Shown here one piece after another: positions 56,301 to 64,000 of a stretch of DNA of 64,000 bases. The DNA is taken from NCBI RefSeq assembly GCF_009914755.1, contig NC_060934.1; one strand, 5' to 3'. A model generated the notes under the pieces. It ran no database searches, was not told the origin of the DNA, and saw only the letters and a list, made by a program, of their open reading frames with translations. Within the stretch, counting starts at the first letter, position 1. Each line of letters opens with the position of its first letter. The DNA comes from the human T2T-CHM13v2.0 reference genome, Homo sapiens. Made by a program: the position numbers and the translations under genes.

Positions 56301-58861
56301 TTGCAATGAATGAAATATAAGTTCCTTTTTTTAATTATAAAGTTAATATATACAAATCACTGTAAAACTTGAAAACAGAAGCATTAAAAATCTAAAATCA
56401 CTCATAAGAGTACAGCTATTTTTCATGTTATTAAAAATATAATTGTGTGATTTGATTCATATATAGAAAGTATAATTGATTTTTTCACAGGAATTGATTA
56501 TAATTTAGCTTTTATCTTTTTAAAATTACAAAAGACTGATGAAAATATTTCCATATTTATGTTAGTCCATATATTTTATTATTCAGTAATAGGAAAATAT
56601 TAGATCAAAGGATACCACTAAATTAGAATAAACATTTGAAAAAATCTTAAATTCTGAGCTAAGATTGTAAGTTTTCGTGAAGATTCAGAAGATATGGAAG
56701 GATTGGGCACGACCAATTTATGGCCAAGAAAGCTCTAAATTTAGCCTTTCTGAGGATAATCAACTAGAGTGCTCTGCACAAACTTCACCCTCAGCAAGAC
56801 CCTATTTTTTTAAAAAAATAAATAAAAATCTAAAGGAGAGAAAAAATCTTAATGGTGAGGTTACAAAAAACTGTATATATTACATTGAGCTTTCAGGCTT
56901 GTTTCTCTAAACTGGCTTTTTGTGGTACCTGCAGGCATTTTCAATGATTGTTGTAAATAATTTCTGCTATATCCAATGTCGGGCAAACATTTTGCTGAGG
57001 AGCAATTTTGATTGTGTATTTGAGAGACAAAAAACATTGCAACATTTTTGCTCTGGCTGCGTACTTTTCGGTTGAACTTTTAAAGCATCATGTCTGTCAG
57101 TGTATACCTTACAGTCTTATTTAACTGTCATATTAGGGAAGGTAAGTGTGCATTCTCCAAATTTGTCACTAGATGGAAGAAGAGAACTTTCATTAGATTC
57201 CAGTATAGGCATTTTACTTGCTAAAATTTCAATATAGATAGCATTTAGTTAGATTCCATTAGATAAATGGATTTGGTGAGATTCTATTGTATCTCTTTGA
57301 AGCCACTGGCAAATTTTGTTCATCTTCAAAATGTTTAGAACATCTCTCAATGCATGGAGCTACAGAAATTTGTAGAGCCTTCTGTCTGTGGTGGCAAGGT
57401 TATGCTGAGGAGTGGCCATTGCTGCTGAAACAAGTTTGTCAGTCTGGAGGTCTTGCAGATATACCTGGCCTGAGGACGAGCACACATCACACCATCCGTC
57501 TTTGGCCCTGAATCTTCTGAGGGTAGCTCTCTGGCATTCCTCTGAGCAGACTGTAGCTTGATCAGGAGCATAGTAAAACTGGCAACACGCCCTTTTCAAA
57601 GATACAGTTTAAATTTTGCAGCGCTATGTGCCTGTAACTTTAAGATTGTAAATTTCTGTTTTTTTTGTAACCTCTAGTCATTTGGTTATTTCATTTTCTT
57701 TAAAGCTATTTTTCAGCTGCTCATATCTAGACACCATGATCCTTTCTGTCTTGATGTCCCTCCAATATCTTTGATCAGATTTTAAAAATATTGTCCACGT
57801 AATCTAGTTTTTTTAATGAAATGATTTATAGAAATTACCCAGACTGCCATCGCCATATGACTCTAATTTGTTCAAATATGCCCTGCATATACACACATCT
57901 TTGTACACCAAGTAGGTTGTAATTATATGTTTGATCAATTTTAGCATAGAATACTTAACAATAAATACTATTATGTGATGTATCTTATGAATTTTCTAAC
58001 AGATTAAATTCAATACTTTAAAAAATTTGTTTTCTTTTATTTTGTTATTTTATAGTGATCCTAGCACAACATGAGAACTGCAGTCTTGACAAATCTTAAG
58101 TTTACATTATTGTTGACTGTAGGGATAATGTTATACAACAGATTGCTAGATATTTTTATATTTATTTATATTTATATTTTATTTTAATTTATATTTATCT
58201 TGTTTGACTGAAACTTTATACTCATTTTCTTTGACAGTCATGATTCCACATTTTGATTCTATGAATTTGACTGACTTAAATTCTTCATGTAAATGTTGTC
58301 ATGCAGTACTCGTCTTTCTTTGCATGTGTTTTATCTCACTTAACGTAATGTGTTCCAGGTTCATCCATGCTGTCACACATTGCAGAATTTCTTTCCTTTT
58401 AAAGGCAGAATAGTATTTCATTAGTTGTATATATCACATTTTCTTTATCCATCCAGATATCAATGAACAGCTAAATTGTTTCCACATCTCAGCTATTGTG
58501 AATAGTGCTTCAGTGAACATTGAAGTGCTAATATCTCTTTGAGATTCTAGTTCCAGGTTTTTTTTTGGATAAGCATCTATAAGTAAGATTGCTGGTTATA
58601 GGGTAGTTCTATTTTTAATTTTTTAAGAAACCTCCATGCTGTTTTCCATAGGGGCTTCACAATTTGACATCTGCATTAACAGTGTAAAAGGAATCTAATT
58701 TCTCCATATCCTTGCCCATATTTGTTATCTTTTAGGTTTTTTGATACTATCCATCCTAACAGATATGAGGAGATATCTGATTGTAGCTTTTAGTTTTATT
58801 TCTCTAAAGATTAGTGATATTGAGCGATTTTTCATATACCTGTTGGTCATTTGTATTTATT

Positions 58862-59148
58862 CTTTTGTGTGTGTGTGAGACAGAGTCTTATTCTGTCACC
58901 CAGGATGAAGTGCAGTAGTGCAATCACAGCTCACTGCAACCTCAACCTCCTGGGCTCAAGTGACTCTCCCAGCTCAGCCTCCAGCTGAGCTGGGACTACA
59001 GCCATGTCATGCCTGGCTTTTTTTATTTTTTGTAGAGACGAGGTCTTGCTATGTTGCCCATGCTGGTCTTGAACTCCTGGCCTCAAGCAATCCTCCCGCC
59101 TTGGCCTCTCAAAGAGCTGCAATTACAGGCCTGAATCCATGCCCAGCC
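58862..59148 (-). mobile_element. AluJ
   Basis: tcactgcaacctcaacctcctgggctcaagtga...tttgtagagacgaggtcttgctatgttgccca (J-type diagnostics); tail decayed to (tg)n. Confidence 0.92.
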
Positions 59149-60777
59149 ATGTATGTCGTCTTTGGAAAAATATCCATTCCAGTACTTTGTCCATTTTTAA
59201 TGACCTAAATTCTGTGGGGTTTTTTTAGTGGTTTTGATATTGAGTTATAGAAGTTTCTTATATATTTTGAAAAGTAATCCCATATCTGATATATGGTCGC
59301 AAATATGTTCTCTCATTCAATAAGTTTTCCTTTCTCCCTCTTGATTTTTTTTTCTTTGCTGTGAAGAAGCTTTTTAGTTTGATGCAGTCCTCTGTGTCTG
59401 TTTTTGCTTCAGGTACTTGGGCTTTTGGTGTTAAATCCATGAAATCATTGCCAAGACTAAGATCATAAAAAATTTCCCCTATGTTTTCTTTAATATGTTT
59501 ACAGTGTCAGATCTTACACTTAAGTTTCTAATCTATTTTGAGCTAATTTTTTGTGTATGGTGAAAATTTATCCCTGCTCTCTTTTTGTTACCATTTGGAT
59601 AGAATATATTTTCCCATGTCTTCACTTTTACCCTATGTGTGGTTTTAAATCTACAGTGAGTTTTTTGTGAACAGTGTATTTGGGTCTTTCTAAAAAGATT
59701 TATTCAGCTACATATGTCCTTTGATTGCAGTATTTAGTCTATTGAAATTTCAAGTAATTATTGATAGTGATATAGCTACCATTACCATTTTAACCGTTTA
59801 ATGAGTCTCTTTTAGTACCTTGTTTCCTTTATTGCTGTCTCCCTTTGTGTGCTGTTGATTGTTTTTTATTAATATGCTTTCATCCCTTTCTTTTTTCTTT
59901 TGTGTAACTTGTATAGGACTTTGTTGTGGCTACCTGTGGGTTATATAAAATATCTCATAGTTATAAGAGTCTATTTTAAGCTGATAAGAGCTTAAGTTCA
60001 ATTGAATACATAGCTCTACATTTTATTTATCTCTTCCCCCACACATATTTAATGCTATTGTCATCTCAGTTTACACCTATTCTTATTTTGTATGTTTTAA
60101 TACATTTTTACTTATTATGCTTGTAATACTTTTTAAACTTTTATACTAGAATTAAAAGTGATTTACTTGCCACTATAGTATATAGTATTCTGTATTAATC
60201 TACATATTTACCTTTAACAATGAATTTTATATTTTCTTATGTTATTGTGGTGCTATTTAGCATTTTTTCTTTTCAAGTTGAAGAACTTCCTTTAGCATTT
60301 CTTGTAAGCAGGTCTAGCAGTTAGGAACTCCCTCAGGTTTTGTTTGATGGAGAAGTTCTTTATATTTTCTTAATTTTTGAAAGACAATTTTATACTCTAG
60401 GTTAACGTTTTGTTTTTTTTTTTTTTCCTTTCATCACTTTGAATAAAACATCTCATGTACTCTGGCCAGTGAGTTTTCTGCTAAACATTCTACTGAGAGT
60501 TTTATGGAGGTTTATGTGACAGATTGGTTTTCTCTTATTGCTTTAAAAATTCTATATTTTATCTTTTGCCAGTTTGATTTTAGTGTGTCTTCATTTGGAT
60601 TCATCTCATTTGATGTACTTCGGGATTTGGGATTTGGACATCCGTTGCCTTTCCAGATTTAGGAAGTTTTCAGCTGTTATTTATTTGAATAATCTTTCTT
60701 GATTTTTCTTTCTCTCTTATTTTGAGATTCCATGACGCCTTTACTTGTCTGCTTGATTGGTTTCATCATTCTCTTAA

Positions 60778-61141
<364 letters not shown>

Positions 61142-61863
61142 AATTTTTACTCTCTTAAATGAGTTGTTTGCAGTGAGCTGTCTTTGAGTTTGCTGACCCT
61201 TTTTTCTGCCTAATCCAATCTTCTCTTAAATGCCTCTAGTAAATGTTTCGGTTCAGATATTGAATTCTTTGGCCCCATGATTTTAGCTTGGAACTTTTTA
61301 TATTTTCTATCTCTATGAAAATTCTCATTTTTTTCATGCATTGTTTTTTGGACCTCAGTTGATTTTCAATTATCTGTCAGGTAAATCATACAACTCAATT
61401 TCTTTAGAATGGTTTCTGAAATTTTATCCTGTTCCTTTGTTTGGAACATCTTTGCCTAGTTGGTCCTTTCTCTTGTCTCTCTGTGTTGGAGTCTGCGCAT
61501 TATACAAAGCAGGCTTCTTTCCCAATCTCTGCAGACTGGCCATATACAGGAGAAGACTCCATCTATCAGCTTAGCCAGAGATCCCAGGAGCCTCTATCAA
61601 CAATTTCCCTTCCCAAAGAGAAACACATCACTGTGGTTTTTATCTTCTCACTCTGTGCTGAGTTGGGGAAGGGAAGAAGCTATGATGTCTACCAAGCCAC
61701 ATTGGTAGGCTAATAGTTAGACCTTTGACAGGTCTAACACAGCCACATCATAGGCTGTCAAAGTTCAGGACTAGTGGGACAAATGCTGATTCTTTGGACA
61801 TCCCTGGAGATTTCGAAGTGATGGACACATGAATCAACTCTTTTTCTCCCCAGCAGTGATTTC

Positions 61864-61914
61864 TTTATCTGCTCATTCTGTGCTGAGGTATTTTTTTATC
61901 TGCTCATTCTGTGC
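61864..61914. repeat. 20-bp direct duplication next to an L1/L1 junction
   Basis: tttatctgctcattctgtgc at 61864-61883 and 61895-61914. Confidence 0.85.
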
Positions 61915-61929
61915 CAAGCAATCATTGGC

Positions 61930-63065
61930 ATTTGTAGTATTTTTGTTTGTTTGTTTCTGTTTCATTTAGTTCTTTTCTTATCTTGGACATTTCTTTTCTT
62001 CTGCCGGGTTCGGGTTTGGTTTATTCTTGTTTCTCTAGTTCCTTGAGGTGTGACCTTAGATTGTGTGTTTGTGCTCTTTAAGACTTTTTGATGTAGGCAT
62101 TTAATCCTATGATCTTTCCTCTTAGCACTGTTGTTGCTGTATCCCAAAGGTTTTGATAGGCTGTATCACTATTATCATCCAGTTAAAAATTTTTTTAAAT
62201 TTCCATCTTGATTTCAGTGTTGACCCAACAATCACTCAGGAGCAGGTTATTTAATTTTTATGTATTTGGATGGATTTGAGGGTTCGTTTTAAAGTTAATT
62301 TCCAATTTTACTCCATTGTGCTCTAAAAGAGTACTTGATATAATTTCAATTTGTTGAAACTTCTTTTGTGGTCTACCATATGGTCTATCTTGGAGAATGT
62401 TCCATCTGCTGATGCATAGAATGTATATTCTGCTGTTGTTGGATAGACTGTTCTGTAAATATCTGTTAAGTCCATTTTTTCTAGGGTATAGTTTAACTCC
62501 ATTTTTTCTTTGTTGACTTTCTGTCTTGATGACCTGTCTAGTGCTGTCAGTGGAATATTGAAGTCCCCCACTATCATTTGTGTTGCTCTCTATCTCATTT
62601 CTTAGGTCTAGTAGTGATTGTTTTATAAATTTGGGAGCTCCAGTGTTAGGTGCATATATATTTAGGGTTATGATATTTTCCTACTAGACTAGTGCTTTTA
62701 TCATTATTTAATGTTTCTGTTTGTCTTTTTTAACTGTTGTTGCTTTAAAGGTTTTTTTTTGTCCTATGTAAGAATGGCTACTCCTGCTTGCTTTTGATTA
62801 CCATTTGCATAGAATATCTTTTTCCACCCCTTCACCTTAAGTTTAAGTGAGTCCTTATGTGTGAAGTGAGTCTCTTGAAGAAAGCAGATGGTTGGTGAAT
62901 TCTGATCCATTCCACCATTCTGTATCTTTTAAGTGGAGCATTTAGGCCATTGCATTCAACATTAGTATTGTGATGTGAGGTACTATTCTATTCATCGTGC
63001 TATTTGTTGCCTAATACCTTGGTTTAATTTCATTGTATTGTTGTTTTTTGGGTCCTGTGAGATTT
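61930..63065 (-). mobile_element. L1PB-like fragment covering the ORF2 endonuclease domain
   Basis: Minus ORF 62323-62577 IVGDFNIPLTALDRSSRQKVNKE...DLTDIYRT...TFSKIDHM matches L1 EN motifs GDFN and SKIDH. Confidence 0.9.
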
Positions 63066-63099
63066 ACACATCTACTAGATTTACTTATTTATACATTTT

Positions 63100-64000
63100 A
63101 TAGTTATGGAAAACTAAGTTGCATCAAACCCTTTGCTGTCACATACATGTCGTGATGAATGTCTTTTTGTCTGTGCTTATCTTTATGTTTTTGGTAATTT
63201 TTTAGAATTTATTTCTCAAGAGAGTTCATTGAATCATTCTGTATATGAATTCTGAAGTTCAGTAATTTCCGAAGTGGCTTTACCAATAGATTTACATGTC
63301 TACTAGCAAAACTTCATGTTTTTTTCCTCTGCACACCTTAACCAATACTTTGTGTTATACTTTTTCTAATGTTGAATGCCATCTAATTGAGATGTAATTT
63401 TCATATAATTAAATTTGATAGATATTAACCTTTTGTTGATTTAGACTTGCAGATACCTTTTTATAGTTTGTCTGTTAACGTTGTCTACCGTGTCCTTGGA
63501 TTGAACTAGAATCTTTACTATTGATGTAGTAACATTTGTCAACATTCTGCTTTATGGTTTGTGTTTCTGTGTGTGTGTGTTTAAAGACAATTTTACTTAG
63601 TGAAATAGAAATTATCCTACCTTCTTTGTAGTAGATTTTCTCCCACACATTCTTGGTTTTAATAATTTGCTGTCTTCAATTTATTTATAAAATGTCCTGG
63701 TTTTAATCAATTTTTATAAGGGGTACAATTATGGATAGCATAAAGTAGGAAACTAGCCTTATTTTTTCCACATGTAGCATAAGGATGCAGTACAATTTTT
63801 CTGCAGCACTGGAACTAATAAATAAGTGATTTCCACATGAATTATCAGTGTTTTCTTTATTATGTATCAAATTTCTGTGTATCCATTGTTCTATTTCTAA
63901 ATGTTCTGTCTGTTCCATTCTCTTACTTTTCTGTTATTCAACATATACTGTATGTCTATCAAAATTTCAGTTGCTTTGAAATGAATAAATACTTAGTAGA
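63100..64000 (-). mobile_element. Old L1ME-like fragment
   Basis: Minus ORF 63703-63918 (EQTEHLEIEQWIHRNLIHNK) is a decayed QWNRIE.PE...Y..LI.DK motif; T-rich L1-like text. Confidence 0.6.

Noticed and set aside
57287-57599. Three overlapping ORFs of 74-79 aa in unique sequence
   Set aside because: No recognisable domain or processed-pseudogene hallmarks (poly-A, TSD); not called as CDS.
47930-60760. Similarity between 47930-49500 and 59570-60760 suggesting a segmental duplication
   Set aside because: Similarity is low and confined to L1 sequence, and the nested insertions differ; these are independent copies of related L1 subfamilies.

Overview
AT-rich primate (very likely human) non-coding DNA, intergenic or deep-intronic. 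I found no credible host protein-coding gene, RNA gene or CRISPR array. Most of the window is layered transposable-element debris. It includes old L1M/L1MC/L1MA/L1PB LINEs, a 5'-inverted L1PA3-like insertion, L2 and MIR fossils, and a full Tigger3b DNA transposon. The LTR elements are a MER11 (HERV-K11/HML-8) solo LTR, a degraded class-III (ERVL-like) pol region (RT, RNase H, integrase, dUTPase-like), many MaLR elements (full-length THE1B, a two-LTR MST element, solo MLT1/MST LTRs) and MLT2 LTRs. There are four Alus, one of them a very young AluYa5-like copy. Every long ORF in the track is TE-derived or chance. I see no convincing new biological system. The most interesting signals are mutational and mechanistic fossils: twin-primed L1s with unusually large deletions, fold-back and patchwork templated insertions, and a deletion-fused MLT2A1/MST chimera. 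There are also candidate DUX4 and ARE sites and a repeat-free island at about 56.9-57.9 kb. Subfamily names come from my recollection of consensus sequences, not from a search, and boundaries of old elements are approximate.
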